A stretch of DNA of 64,000 nt from assembly GCA_004431415.1 (NCBI GenBank), contig QPMI01000595.1, positions 1 to 64,000 of the forward strand, written 5' to 3'. Shown one piece after another: positions 42,977 to 54,800 of this stretch. Position numbers and translations under genes: made by a program. This DNA is from Cyanophora paradoxa CCMP329 (lineage: Eukaryota; Plantae; Glaucophyta). How positions within the stretch are numbered: the stretch's first letter is position 1; each line of letters begins with the position of its first letter. The notes beneath the pieces are model-generated. The model ran no database searches. It was not told where the DNA came from and saw nothing but the letters and a program-made list of their open reading frames with translations.

Positions 42977-43987
42977 ATGCCTGTGGATTACATCGAGGTT
43001 AGCTCATTTAATACAATCTCTGGTGATGGTCCCACATCAAGCTTTGTGGCTAGACTCCCCAGTACTTATGAGAATGTGAGGGCTGTGAGACTGGTCTCAG
43101 CCGAATTTTATAACAGCATCCCTATGGTGAGTGGGGAAACCAAAGTAGGAGATGTAACAATCGACAATTCATTTAGTATTTACTATTCTGAAGAACTTGC
43201 AGGAGCTGGAATTGATGGTATCCCCACAGTTCGCCCAGCTGAGGACTTTGAACAGTGGAAACAAATCATTATAAGTCGCAAAGCCCCCATCCAAAGCCAC
43301 CAACAACTGGTGAATGTTATTAATGAAAAGTTCGATTTAAAAAATCCTAAACCATCTCTTCGCTGCAAATGGGATGAGTCACTGAAACGAATAGTATTCC
43401 ATTCCGAAAAAAAGTTTTACCTGGCTTTCTCACTTGCTGTAAATCCAAACCTGCAAACAATTCAAAAGCTATTGAGTTCAGGTAGACTGCTTGGTCTTGA
43501 TCCTGGAAGATATGGCAATTCCTCAATCCAATCACAAGTTTATGATGCTCTCACTGATGGTATCTTTACTGGAACTCGAGTGAACGGTATTCTATCTTCA
43601 TTTGAGCCTGAAAAGACCAGGGACAGTGTTTTGTTTGTGAGAGTAAAAGAGCTGGGTGATCTGGTGCAATGTGGGGATGGTCTTCTGACTGGTTACTTCC
43701 ATAAAATAGTGGTCCCTGACAAAGATTATGGTGAGCATGTAGTTTACAATTCGACAGAGGCTCATCCACTTTATAAATACTATAATAAGAAGGTTGGATT
43801 ATCCACTTTCTCGGTTGATATTGTAAATGCTATTAATGAACCAATTGATTTTGAGGGTCAACCTGTTCATCTGACCTTTGAAATTCGCTATGGTGATGAG
43901 CCAGCAGGCGACCCTGTTTATGAATACTTTAAGATGCGAATGTCACAGCTTCACCCTTCCTATCCAGTTATTACAAGCTTCGCATAA
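42977..43987 (+). CDS. Minor capsid (penton)-like protein 2
   Basis: SSFVARLPSTYENVRAVRLVSAEFYNS...LFVRVKEL...FSVDIVN...IDFEGQPVHLTFEI. Confidence 0.72.
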   Translation: MPVDYIEVSSFNTISGDGPTSSFVARLPSTYENVRAVRLVSAEFYNSIPMVSGETKVGDVTIDNSFSIYYSEELAGAGIDGIPTVRPAEDFEQWKQIIISRKAPIQSHQQLVNVINEKFDLKNPKPSLRCKWDESLKRIVFHSEKKFYLAFSLAVNPNLQTIQKLLSSGRLLGLDPGRYGNSSIQSQVYDALTDGIFTGTRVNGILSSFEPEKTRDSVLFVRVKELGDLVQCGDGLLTGYFHKIVVPDKDYGEHVVYNSTEAHPLYKYYNKKVGLSTFSVDIVNAINEPIDFEGQPVHLTFEIRYGDEPAGDPVYEYFKMRMSQLHPSYPVITSFA

Positions 43988-44040
43988 ATTAAGGATCATT
44001 GGTAGATTTTTTATGTTGCAGTATAATAAAAGAGAATATA

Positions 44041-45406
44041 ATGGATATCACTTCCACTCTTCAAAGACTTTCGCTGAAAGAAGCCCTAACAACCCCAGAG
44101 GAGGCGAAAGCCTTTTTCTTGGATAACTCCCTTATGCTTGGTCTCGAATCCAAGTCTAAGCCAGTTCTAGTTGTTGTGAATCCCAGCAATACTTTTGAGA
44201 ATAATGTTGGAAATCGCATTTCCTTCAAGCTACCTCGCTACAATTTCTGTGGAAAACTCGAACTTGCTTTCGACCTTCCAGCCATCACTTTTGCTGGTGA
44301 TACGGACCTTGTTCGCAATGGATACACTCGCCCTGTTGGTGCTTTAGTTCAGCGACTTGAAATTACCTATGGATCTTACACCTACCACATTCCTTCTGAT
44401 TTCCTTGCTCATTTCCCCTGGTCTATTATTCGGAGGATCAACTAGCTAAAAAGAAACGCTCAATGGGCATGGTTCATGGTATCCCTGCTCATGGAACCAA
44501 CCGACTTGGTGGCTCATTTTTCGTTGAAATCCCTGTGCCTTGGCTAAATCACTATCTTCCCTTGGTGCTTTATCTGGTGAAATGGTTGTTACTGTTTGGT
44601 TTAAGGATGCTGATAAGGGTTATGTTGAAACTTCCTATGGTGGTCGTGAACTCACAACTGCTGTTGGAACTGTTGATGCAACTGCTGATGATGGTCTTGG
44701 AAACTTTACAGATGGAACCCTTGCCCATGTTGGTCAAAATATCACAACTTTCAGTCTTGGTGCAACAACCCCTGTCATTTCTATTACTTCTCCTCGCCTT
44801 TACATGCATGCTATTAATGTTTCTGATGAGCTTTTCGCTACTGTAATTGAAAAAGTAAAGACTACTGGCATGGCTATTCCTGCTCTAGACATTGGATTTG
44901 TAGATGCTAGTGCTTTCCCTGCCAAGGGCAATGCCCAACCCAATCGAATTAACCTCTCTCAAATATCAGGTCTTGTATATGCTCTGCTTGTTTCAGTTCG
45001 TGATAATGCAACTGTTGATAAATCCAATGGCTCCCACAGTGTTCTTAAGACCTATGCCAACTCCAAAGACATAACATTCACAACTGAAATAAATGGACAG
45101 CGACTTTTTGCCACTGAGCCAATTTCCCTACTCAAAGGTGCTGAGCTAATTGCTGATGCCTTCAAATGCTCTAACATGGACAAGGTTGCTGATCGCTATG
45201 TCCTTTCAGGACTCCCATTCTGCCTTGATGGAGAAAAGGCAATTCGAAATATTGCCCAGTCTGGTTATGTTGATTTAACAAATTCCTCTTCTTCCTTCCT
45301 CACCCTCTACATGCCTTCAGATAAGGTAATCGATGTTAATGTTCGCGCTCTCATGCATTCGTTCATAATTGTAGACAAAGATGGATTACGTCGTATAAAT
45401 TTGTAG
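44041..45406 (+). CDS. Major capsid protein, putative double jelly-roll (~455 aa; two frameshifts at ~44420 and ~44550)
   Basis: Position between penton and ATPase; beta-rich RISFKLPR...LELAFDLP...LVQRLEITYG...FFVEIPVPW; strong GCT/ACT/CTT codon bias typical of high expression. Confidence 0.72.
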
Positions 45407-45471
45407 ATTGTGACGATATTCAGTCTCCCTGCATTATTTTTATATGTCTTTATTAAGAAAGATATACAACA

Positions 45472-46254
45472 ATGACTGATTTGGATGAATTTGTGGCTGG
45501 TGAAATGATAGAGCCACCATTTCGTGTACTGGCAATAGGAAAATCAGCAACTGGTAAATCAGAAGCTGTGAAGTATTGGTTGAAGCAGTTGCATGATGCC
45601 AAAAAGATTGATGTTGTATTAGTTGTGAGTGGAACCAGCTTCAATCATTTCTGGGATAAAGTTGCAACATTGCAACTGGGAAAATGGGATGCCCCTTACA
45701 TTGCTAAATTGCTAGATGAAAGGCAAGAGAAAATAGAAAAAGGTCAACCTGTTAACCAGTTATGTGTAGTTTTAGATGATCTTATAGATAATGAGATTGT
45801 AGACCTAACTCGTGATAAAATTATTGGCTCTCTGTATTCCAGAGGTCGCCATTCGAAAATATCCATTATCTGCATTACACAGAAACTCAGAAAAGTCTCT
45901 TCCACTATTCGAGTTAATTCTGATTATGCTGTTTTCCTGAGTGCTGCTAATCGCAAAGAACTTGAAGCCATAGAGGAAGAATACAATATAATGCGAAACA
46001 AGGAGGACTTTTACAAAATGTTTGAAGAATATGTCCACTCCTATCAGTATATCGTTTGGTCCTCTGCTGGCTACTCAGTTAAATACTTTGTAGATAAAGC
46101 TGAGCTTGTCAAAGACTTCCCATTTCCTCGCTTCCACAGAAAGCCAAAAAAGAAAGAAGATGAACTGAAACCACCAGAGAAAGAGGAAGCCCCCAAAGAA
46201 GTGAAAAGCCAAGTCCATAGCAATAAATTGATGCGATATAAACGCGGTTTATAA
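45472..46254 (+). CDS. A32/FtsK-HerA family genome packaging ATPase
   Basis: PFRVLAIGKSATGKS (Walker A), CVVLDD (Walker B), SRGRHSKISIICITQ, IRVNSDY. Confidence 0.92.
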   Translation: MTDLDEFVAGEMIEPPFRVLAIGKSATGKSEAVKYWLKQLHDAKKIDVVLVVSGTSFNHFWDKVATLQLGKWDAPYIAKLLDERQEKIEKGQPVNQLCVVLDDLIDNEIVDLTRDKIIGSLYSRGRHSKISIICITQKLRKVSSTIRVNSDYAVFLSAANRKELEAIEEEYNIMRNKEDFYKMFEEYVHSYQYIVWSSAGYSVKYFVDKAELVKDFPFPRFHRKPKKKEDELKPPEKEEAPKEVKSQVHSNKLMRYKRGL

Positions 46255-46282
46255 AATTATCTCTCATTCTAATAAAGATACA

Positions 46283-47017
46283 ATGCCTCCCAAACGAAAA
46301 ATAGGGATCCCAGCTGGGGCTGTTGGCTATTCAGGTGGTGGAAACAATGGATCTATTAACACTGAACCAATGAAATTCAATGGTATGAACGAAATCAAAC
46401 CCTCACAACCCCAAGAAGACCCCCTAAATGCTGCCTATGAGGAATCAGTCGATGACAAAGCCCCACAAAGTTCAACTGCTGACCAACTGAACATTTCCCC
46501 TGAGACAGCAAAGATGAAGTCTGTTGCTGAGGGTGCCAGGCGAATTATTGGGGCTGCTGATGACAAAGGTTTAGGCTTGCAAGATCTTTCACTGGCTCGC
46601 AAAGGTGAGGGTCTTAGTAAGGAATCAGACAAGGTAATTCAGTCTATGGCTGGTGAAGTCACATACAAGACTGCTCCCACTCAAAATATTCATCGAATTC
46701 CCAAGGCTCAATGGGATGAGATGACTGCTAAACTCAAAGATCTGGAAGCCAAATCAAGTGCCTTGGAGCAGTATGTTACTGAGAAGAAAGAGAGAGCCAA
46801 GCTAAAGGAGATGCTTCGAAAGGAAGTTTATAAAATGGGAATCACTGGTGTCCCAGATAAACAGTTTATTGCTAAGAAAGAGAACCAAATCGATGAGCAG
46901 GCAGTAGATGAAATGAAAACAAAAACCCAAAAGGGAACCATTGAACCTGGTGCCACCAAAGCTGAAGTAGAAAAGGGAGTTGCCCCAACAGTATATAAAA
47001 GACGAGTTTGGCTTTAA
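46283..47017 (+). CDS. Hypothetical charged protein (possible core protein)
   Basis: 244-aa ORF after the ATPase, with viral codon usage. Confidence 0.65.
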   Translation: MPPKRKIGIPAGAVGYSGGGNNGSINTEPMKFNGMNEIKPSQPQEDPLNAAYEESVDDKAPQSSTADQLNISPETAKMKSVAEGARRIIGAADDKGLGLQDLSLARKGEGLSKESDKVIQSMAGEVTYKTAPTQNIHRIPKAQWDEMTAKLKDLEAKSSALEQYVTEKKERAKLKEMLRKEVYKMGITGVPDKQFIAKKENQIDEQAVDEMKTKTQKGTIEPGATKAEVEKGVAPTVYKRRVWL

Positions 47018-47039
47018 TTATCTCTGTTTTATTAGAGAT

Positions 47040-47321
47040 ATGGACATAATACGAAAGTTCTTCGAGATGTTCAGTCTGCATGTGGTGAGCAATTGCCACA
47101 GTGGATGTTGTGAGACAACAGTGGAGTTTGAGATGTCAGATAATGAGGATAATGCCTCAGAAGCAAGAGAGAGAAGGAGGTCTACAGTTTCTGTGGAGTC
47201 AATGCCAGCAGACCCCACAGAGTATACATATGAGCAACAGGAGCAACAGGAGTATCCAAGGAGAAGTTCTTTGCCAGGCGAAAACGTTTTCTCAGCAAAT
47301 ATTAATGGAGGATACAATTAG
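47040..47321 (+). CDS. Small hypothetical acidic protein
   Basis: ORF from MDIIRKFF, in a tightly packed gene run. Confidence 0.5.
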   Translation: MDIIRKFFEMFSLHVVSNCHSGCCETTVEFEMSDNEDNASEARERRRSTVSVESMPADPTEYTYEQQEQQEYPRRSSLPGENVFSANINGGYN

Positions 47322-47550
47322 TTTGATCGAGTTTACCAGTGATGAGCCTTTAACTGAGGGTGCTATAAGACACATTCTAGCAATGCAGAAACGATATAGA
47401 GAGGACCCAGAATATAGAGAGTATAAAAAGCAACAAGCCCTGGCATCCTATTATCGCAGAAAAGCCCAAAAAGAGGAGCAGAGACCCAGAGGAAGACCGA
47501 TTAAATATTATTTGCCAACTGAAAGTAGCAATGGACCCCCAGGTCTATAA
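47305..47550 (+). CDS. Small basic protein with AT-hook-like RGRP motif
   Basis: YREYKKQQALASYYRRK...RPRGRPIKY. Confidence 0.55.
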   Translation: MEDTISLIEFTSDEPLTEGAIRHILAMQKRYREDPEYREYKKQQALASYYRRKAQKEEQRPRGRPIKYYLPTESSNGPPGL

Positions 47551-47923
47551 GATAATTGAGAAAAAGCGGTCTCAGTATGCTACTGAGGCAGCTATAAAAA
47601 TATATACAAAGGAATTGGCTTTATACTTGCAATCAAGTCACAGATAACTTTTGTAAATATGCTTTTGTTGTTTTTTGTTTGCATTCTCAGACACTGAAAC
47701 AGTTATGTGAATGTTTACTGATCTATTTCTCTTTGATTTTGCTGCATACACATTGTAACCTATCAATCTCTGTGACATTTCGATATATGCCCTATATCTC
47801 CATGTTTAATGCATTTATCTAACTCAATCATGGTCATTTCTTCAAGAGCCTTTGCCATTTTGTCTTCACTATACACAATCAAGTAAGCTTTAAGTATTCT
47901 TGTCAAATTTTGGTCTTTTTCGA

Positions 47924-48035
47924 TAGGTGTCACAGGTGTTCACAGGTTTTTATCGTCCCTGGTCATTTTTCTTTTTATAGCCCCCTAGATGGGATGGACC
48001 TGTGACACCTGTGAACAACACCATTTCCAGTAAGG
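47924..48035. repeat. Internal iteron box downstream of the D5 gene
   Basis: GGTGTCACAGGTGTTCACAGG...GATGGGATGGACCTGTGACACCTGTGA...CAGTAAGG; related to the TIR box at 30049-30160. Confidence 0.75.
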
Positions 48036-48118
48036 CTATAAAAAATACATATACATTTCAATCATAAATCGTTTTGTTTAATATTCAACATCCTCTCCAT
48101 TGTCTTCTTGAACCCTTG

Positions 48119-50404
48119 TTATCTTTCGAAGTCCAATGTAGCCCTTGCTCTGGTTCCCTGAATTCGTTTAACCTCTGATTTCACATTGAAGATTTCCCTT
48201 ACTCTCTTCATCACAGAAACACATTCAACTTTATCATCGACACTTCTGTATGATTTGTAAATGATATCACTCGAAACAAAGTCGTTTGCATTATGGGTAA
48301 CTTCGAAATTATCCCTAAGCCATTCACCAATCTTATCATTTTCAGCTATAAAGTTTATTCCCTGTTCAATAATCGATTGAGGGGGATTTCTTAAGATCTC
48401 TTCAACCTCTTTGTTCTTCCACATATCCAGTAATATCTTCATGTGAGCCATCTTATACTCATCATCATTGTGTAGAAGTGTGAACAGTGTTGGGTCAGCT
48501 TTCTTCTGACCAGCTTCAGGCTTCTCTCTGAATATATTATTGAATCTCTGGTATGAAAGTCTTCTTTGAATTGCAAAGTCTGGTTTATTTATAGTCAAAT
48601 TGTCATTAGTTGTAATGTAAACCTGGAACATTGGAGTGAGGATTACTGGGTCTTTGAACAAGGCTCTCACAGTCATTTCATTTCCACCTGTGACCTCCTT
48701 AATTTTGGAGATCTGCAGTTTATCACCATCTTCAGCCTCATTACTGAATACAAGTCGCTTTCCAAGGAGTTTGGCAAGTTCAGGAGTAGCATCTGATGAG
48801 TTCTTTTTAGGTTTGGTCCAATAGGATATTTCGAGAGGGCTATAATAAGCCCCTGAAATCTGTTTGCAGTATTCCTGAACAAGTGATTTACCATTTGCCC
48901 CAGCACCAGTCCACATGTAGAACTTCTGTGATTTTGTTGATCCACTGAGGGCAATTGCAATAGATGCCAGAAGGTAGTTTCGCTCTGCTGGATCATCTAC
49001 AATCTCTCTATAAATCTGATTGAGATGGTCTACTTTCTTGGGGTCTACATTCTCAGTATAATCATAACCCACACTCTTGCTCACCATATCTTCCAGTTTC
49101 CCCTTTCTGAAAGTCATAGTTGTCAGATCAAATACACCATTATCGAATCCAATTACATATGGAACTGTATCAATCTTTTCATAGAATTCATCATCATTCA
49201 GCAGAGGGAGCAGATCAGTCAGAAGGGATTTGCGATATCCTGATTGTTTAAGATTTTTGGCAATAGAAATTAATGTTTTCGATTTCTCTTCGAAAGCTGT
49301 TCTATTCTCTTCATCCTTCAAAGCTCTTTGGCTATAATGCACAGCCCTGCCAAGGTATTGAGGGACAACAAGGCAACTTATGTCTAGGTAAATCTTTTGG
49401 TTTGTGTCATCATGCTCCCAAATCCCAGTATCAGTATTGAGTTTGAACCATGACTTTTTGGAGTATCTCCAAGTATGTTGTAGTACCTCTTTGCACACAA
49501 GACTGACATCATAATGAGCGCCTCCAGAACCAGCGGACTTATCAATGAGATTGAAGATATCAGATTGCATTCCAATGAAGATAAATCGTTTTTTGCAATT
49601 GCCACTGTAGCTGGACACAATATACTTTTTATCTTCTCCTTTGGCTTTCATAACATACCAGTTATTCGATTCATGGGACCCATTGCAGCATGGGCAATTA
49701 AGTCCCTTATTAGCAGCATCAAAGTTAAAGCCCAGTTCAGTTTGAGAGATTATATTGGGATGCATAAAGCCCATATCCACCAGCTCTTTAAGAATACTCT
49801 TTTCCAATGCATCATGTGAGGTAGCATTAGCAGTATACTCACTCTTATAGATATAGTTCTCTGCAATCCACTTTTTAAACTCATCAGTAGGCTCATTGAA
49901 ATCACAGGTATCATCCCATGGAGCAATTACCCAGGTCTTGTTGACACTGGGACAAACATTAATTAATCCAGAAGTTCCAGTTCCAGTGATTGTTTTCAGG
50001 TCAACCTTTTCAAAGCCTTTAAAGCCTGGAGCCTTATCGGTGATTTTGAGTTTAGTGAACTCCTCAGGTCGTTTAAAGTAGACATGATAGCCTTTTTTAG
50101 TTTTTGCCATGGGCTGATTGGCATCAAAGTCATCAGGAAACATATCCCGGAATTTCTCAAAGTTCTCCTCATCATCAAAGTCAATAACCATCATGTTGTC
50201 TGAGAGCAGAATGCCCCAAGATACATACTGATTAGTTGCCAGCGCTTCCTCATACTTTTCCCAGGACCAAGCACCTCCCTTATGCTTGAAAACTGGGTCT
50301 TTGCTGTCAGGTTTCACTGGGATAATCATGTTTTTGGCGAGTTCCTCATCAGAACGAAGCCAGTTAGCGAGCGATTTGATTAACTTGGTCTGTTTGGCGT
50401 TCAT
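48119..50404 (-). CDS. Prim-Pol (bifunctional primase/polymerase) - Zn finger - D5 SF3 helicase
   Basis: VIDFD, KTKKGYHVYF, CPCC...H, IGFDNGVFDL, WTGAGANGKS, IKEVTGG. Confidence 0.92.
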   Translation of the reverse strand: MNAKQTKLIKSLANWLRSDEELAKNMIIPVKPDSKDPVFKHKGGAWSWEKYEEALATNQYVSWGILLSDNMMVIDFDDEENFEKFRDMFPDDFDANQPMAKTKKGYHVYFKRPEEFTKLKITDKAPGFKGFEKVDLKTITGTGTSGLINVCPSVNKTWVIAPWDDTCDFNEPTDEFKKWIAENYIYKSEYTANATSHDALEKSILKELVDMGFMHPNIISQTELGFNFDAANKGLNCPCCNGSHESNNWYVMKAKGEDKKYIVSSYSGNCKKRFIFIGMQSDIFNLIDKSAGSGGAHYDVSLVCKEVLQHTWRYSKKSWFKLNTDTGIWEHDDTNQKIYLDISCLVVPQYLGRAVHYSQRALKDEENRTAFEEKSKTLISIAKNLKQSGYRKSLLTDLLPLLNDDEFYEKIDTVPYVIGFDNGVFDLTTMTFRKGKLEDMVSKSVGYDYTENVDPKKVDHLNQIYREIVDDPAERNYLLASIAIALSGSTKSQKFYMWTGAGANGKSLVQEYCKQISGAYYSPLEISYWTKPKKNSSDATPELAKLLGKRLVFSNEAEDGDKLQISKIKEVTGGNEMTVRALFKDPVILTPMFQVYITTNDNLTINKPDFAIQRRLSYQRFNNIFREKPEAGQKKADPTLFTLLHNDDEYKMAHMKILLDMWKNKEVEEILRNPPQSIIEQGINFIAENDKIGEWLRDNFEVTHNANDFVSSDIIYKSYRSVDDKVECVSVMKRVREIFNVKSEVKRIQGTRARATLDFER

Positions 50405-50617
50405 TTTCAGCGATTGGGGGTCCCTTTTATATATATAGAAGATTTTTCTTTAAGTAGTTTTGGGTCCCCCAATCATTTTTTGTTGGAAATCGAGAAAGTA
50501 TCCCTACGAAATTTATCCACATGATATATCGAGTGGTTCAGATACAAAAAGGATGAATTGGTATTTCAGCGAATAAACAGCATATCCCCAGCCTAGTAAT
50601 ATGCTGGGAAAAATAAT

Positions 50618-50872
50618 TTAGACATGTTTCGATTTTCTCCCTCTGTTTGAGTAAGGGACATCATACAAATATTTGACAAAGCAGACTGCATTGGCTGCAT
50701 ACTTTCGCTGACATGAACTTGCTATTTTCATGGCTCTATAGGTATCATCGGTTTGATATAGATCTCTTAGCTGTGTGGCTATTTTTTCGTTAAACTTTTT
50801 GATTTGAGCCTTACCTTTTTCAGTTTGCTGGTACCTCTTCATAGCTCTCTTCTGGGCTTCACTGAGTGGCAT
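50618..50872 (-). CDS. Small basic hypothetical protein
   Basis: MPLSEAQKRAMKRYQQTEKGK; shares the upstream TTAAAG...TATATATA motif. Confidence 0.6.
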   Translation of the reverse strand: MPLSEAQKRAMKRYQQTEKGKAQIKKFNEKIATQLRDLYQTDDTYRAMKIASSCQRKYAANAVCFVKYLYDVPYSNRGRKSKHV

Positions 50873-50928
50873 TTTTCCTCTGTCTCTCTTAATATATATA
50901 GAGAATTCTTTAAATCATTTTTTGTTCT

Positions 50929-51747
50929 TTAACCTCTCTGTCCAAATCTCTCAATATACATAAGTTTGAAATGCTTACCTAGCAATGCTACAAATGGTTC
51001 GATTTCCAAGGTCTCCCATGTTTTCTTGTCCTTATTCCATCTGCAATCTAATCCTTTTGCGATATCTTTTTTAAGAAAAGGCACCTGAAACCCAGCAACC
51101 AATGTGTTTGTTGTACTGAGTTCTGCATACATTTCAATCAATGCAGATCTACCCTCTCTGAACCTCTCTATATCATCTCTGCGAAGATTATCCATTTTTG
51201 GAATGAACTGGTTGCACCAAATCAGGAAAAGATTAACTGCATGTCTATTCCTTGCTCTTTCTTGTTCTAATTCTCTCTGCCTTCGCTCTCTTTCTTCTAA
51301 TTCAAGTTGTTTCTTTCGCTCCTCTGCTTCTTTCTGGATTTGCTTTTTTCTTTCCAATTCCTCCTCCTTTATGATAATCCTGCACTTATTGCAGAAATTA
51401 TCCTTACGGTTTTTATGTCGATCTCCGCATTTCTTGCATATATCTTCCCTCCTTGCACCATTTGGCATAAATCGTTTAATGCAGCAGTTGCCAACAAGAA
51501 CCACAATCTTTTTATCCACATGCAAGATGTAGCATTGTTCTTCAATATGATGCTTGCAAGCACAGCTGTTTGAGTGTGGAGGAAGGCTTTCGTGAGTCAA
51601 ATCATACTTTGCAAGTTTCAAATACAAAGAGTTCATATATTTGCTTCTCCCCAAAGCGACAAAGTCTTTAAAGTTATTAGATCCACAAAGAAACATTAAT
51701 GTAGCCTTCAAGCGTTCCAGAGAAGATGTTGCTTTGTTCTCTGCCAT
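50929..51747 (-). CDS. Cys-rich protein with coiled coil and DUF5710-like C-terminus
   Basis: CACKHHI...VGNCCIKRF...CKKC...CNKC; VPFLKKDIAKGLDCRWNKDKKTW. Confidence 0.65.
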   Translation of the reverse strand: MAENKATSSLERLKATLMFLCGSNNFKDFVALGRSKYMNSLYLKLAKYDLTHESLPPHSNSCACKHHIEEQCYILHVDKKIVVLVGNCCIKRFMPNGARREDICKKCGDRHKNRKDNFCNKCRIIIKEEELERKKQIQKEAEERKKQLELEERERRQRELEQERARNRHAVNLFLIWCNQFIPKMDNLRRDDIERFREGRSALIEMYAELSTTNTLVAGFQVPFLKKDIAKGLDCRWNKDKKTWETLEIEPFVALLGKHFKLMYIERFGQRG

Positions 51748-51858
51748 TGTCCTTTTATATATATAGAAGATATTTCTTTAAGTAGTTTTCATCAAATTTT
51801 TGCGTTCGGAATATCCCCATTTAAAACCTCCCCTTTTAGTAGGAACAAGTTAGGAACT

Positions 51859-54800
51859 ATGCCCCGAATTAGCAACAGACTCATTAGAGAGAAGAAATGG
51901 GAACTCATGGGATTACTGGGAACACTGTATGCAGCCCATGAAATTACAGAGGCTGAATATGACCGGGAAATCGGATTTATTTCAAGGGGCAGACCCACTT
52001 TAGCGAAATTAACCAGAAAAGCCAATAACCTCTATGATAAAGTTGAAACTCTTGATGAACTCGATCGCCTGAGGCAAATAGAACCAGAGGCAGAAGATGG
52101 TACAGCAATGAATGAATTATATCGCTGGCTCACTTACAGAGCCAGAAGGGAAGTTGTTGTTGATGTGATTGAATATTTAGATAGAATTGCAACCTCTCTA
52201 CCAAAACGTTTAAGAGACAGTCTAGATCAATTCAGGGCAATCAAAGTTCGCTTATCGTTTATCTGCAAGTTCGTAAAAGTCAGCAATCCACAGGTTTGGA
52301 TATCGAAATACATTTACAGCGATTATTTTGTATTAACCAAATCGAGAAATATTCGAACTGAGCTGAATAAAGCAGCCCAAATGTGTCAGGAGCAGATGAA
52401 TGTTGTTGATAGCTATCGATTGGAGAGAATCGAAATGCTCAGAGTTGCTATTATGAGTTATGCCCCAACTGGTGGTTGCTATGTTAAAACACCTGATTCA
52501 ATTGCAGCCAAGAGAGCCACAGTGAATATTCGAAATATTGATGATTCTTGCTTCGAAAATGCAGTTTTGGCATGGATCCATAGGAAAGATGTGAATTCCC
52601 ACAAGAGAAGTGAGCTAACACAATATCGCAAATGGAAATACTCACCAACTACATACAATCCTCTGGCTCTCAATTTCGATAACATCCCATTCCCTGTTCC
52701 CTGTGATGCTGAAATCATTGATAAATTCGAATCTCAAAATGCAGGCATCAGCATAAACATATTTGGAATGGATCGAGATGTTATATATCCCCTACATCAA
52801 TCCAGCAACCCAGGCAGAAAGCAAAAGATTAATCTCATGCTCATTCATGATGATGAAGGGAATGGTCACTATATTACAATCATGTCCCTTTCAAGACTTC
52901 TCAGAGTTGCCCTTGATAAAACCAAGGATCAAAAGTTACACTACTGTGACACATGCTTATCTCGATTCAGGTCTGAGGCTAAACTCACTGCTCATGTGGA
53001 CTCAAACAGATGCATTGATTGGAGACTCTCAAAGGGAATCACTCCTAAGCCTGAGACCACCATAGAGTTTGGACTGAAAAACCTCAGGAAAACTGTGTGG
53101 CTTCCTGTTGTGGTATACTGCAAGATTGAACATAGAAGCATCCCATTGATGCATCAAAATCCAAGAGAGAAGTCTCAGCAGTCAACATAAGAATAGTCAC
53201 TGGGGCAGATGTTCAAGATTTTCGATTTGAGGGGCAGGATCCAATGGGAGGTCTGTTTGAATGCTTGGAGTCCAAAGCAAGAGAACTAATCGATTTCCTG
53301 TTTACCAATATTCCCATGAATGAACTCACAGATGAGCAAAAGGCTATTTACAGAGCTACCAAACACTGTTACCTTTGCAGTGAGAGGTTCACCAAGGAAA
53401 ACTTCAAATGCAGGGATCATGATCACCACACAGGTCATTACATTGCCCCTGCATGCAGAAACTGCAATCTCCATAGGAGAATCTCAAAGCAAACCAAAGT
53501 TGCAGTTGTTGTTGATCAAATGGATGACTGTGGGACATTCATTTTCAGAAAAATAGCAGGCATGGGTGATAAAAAGCGAATCGAAATCCTTTCGAAAAAC
53601 TTTGATCAATATCTTTCATTGCAATGGGGTCTTTACAAGTTCATTGATGCAAGTAATTTTATGGACTTTGGGGCTGCTGATGTAGATGAGTTAATGAGCA
53701 AATTCCAGGCTTTCAGAAGGCTTTCACACTCAGTATATGGATTGGACCCAGTTCATTATGTATCTGCACCTGGGTTATCTTGGGATGCTATGCTTAGGAC
53801 CACCAAGGCAAAAATAGAGCTTATAAGTGATGTAGAGCAATACGAATTTGTTGAGAGGGGAATCAGGGGTGGCTTTGCAACAATGCCTTGTAGGTATGCT
53901 GAGGCTGATGGTGAGAACTCCCATATTATGCTGTTTGATGCTAACAACTTGTATGGCTACTGCTTGAGTCAGCCTATTCCAGTTGGTGATTTTAGATGGG
54001 AGACCGAATTCAACCCACAAGATAACAGATCCAGTTTCCTGGAAGTTGATCTGGATTACCCAATTAGGCTGTTTCTAGATCACAGTGATTTCCCCCTAAT
54101 TATAAACAAGAAAATAGTAGAATATGCAGAATTATCACAATATCAAAAGAGCCTATTGGATCTCTCAGGAGAAGAGCTTGATAAGACCCCTAAGCTAACT
54201 GCAACCTTTGGTTCTGTGACAAACTATGTGATTTCTGAGCCTCTTCTACAGTATATTCTGACCAAAGGTGTGAAACTAAAGAAGGTTCACAGGGTCCTAT
54301 CATTTACTGTGGCTCCTGTAATGAAACCCTACATTGAGCTGAACACTGATATGAGAAGGAAAGCAGTGAATAAATTCGAGGCTGATTTCTATAAACTCAT
54401 GAATAACTCAATCTATGGGAAATGCATTGAATCATGTAGAGGTAGATCTGTGGTTAAGATTGCCAACAGTGAGAAACTGTTTATGAAATATGCAGCCTCT
54501 CCTTTAGTGAAATCAACAAGTCCCATAAGTGAAAGGGCAGTTGCCTTTGAGTTTTACACAAAACATGTGAAGCTAGATAAGCCTGTTGCTATTGGGGCTT
54601 ATGTTTTGGATACTGCCAAACTGCATAACTACAAGTTCTTCTATGATACTGTAAGGTCCCAGTGGGCAAAAGCAAAGTTACTATTCCATGATACTGACTC
54701 CTTTTGTCTATATATCGAATCTAAGACCCTACAAAAAGATATAGGGAATATCTCTTATGCATTGGACCTAGGGGGGTCTAACAGAATGACCCCAGGTAAA

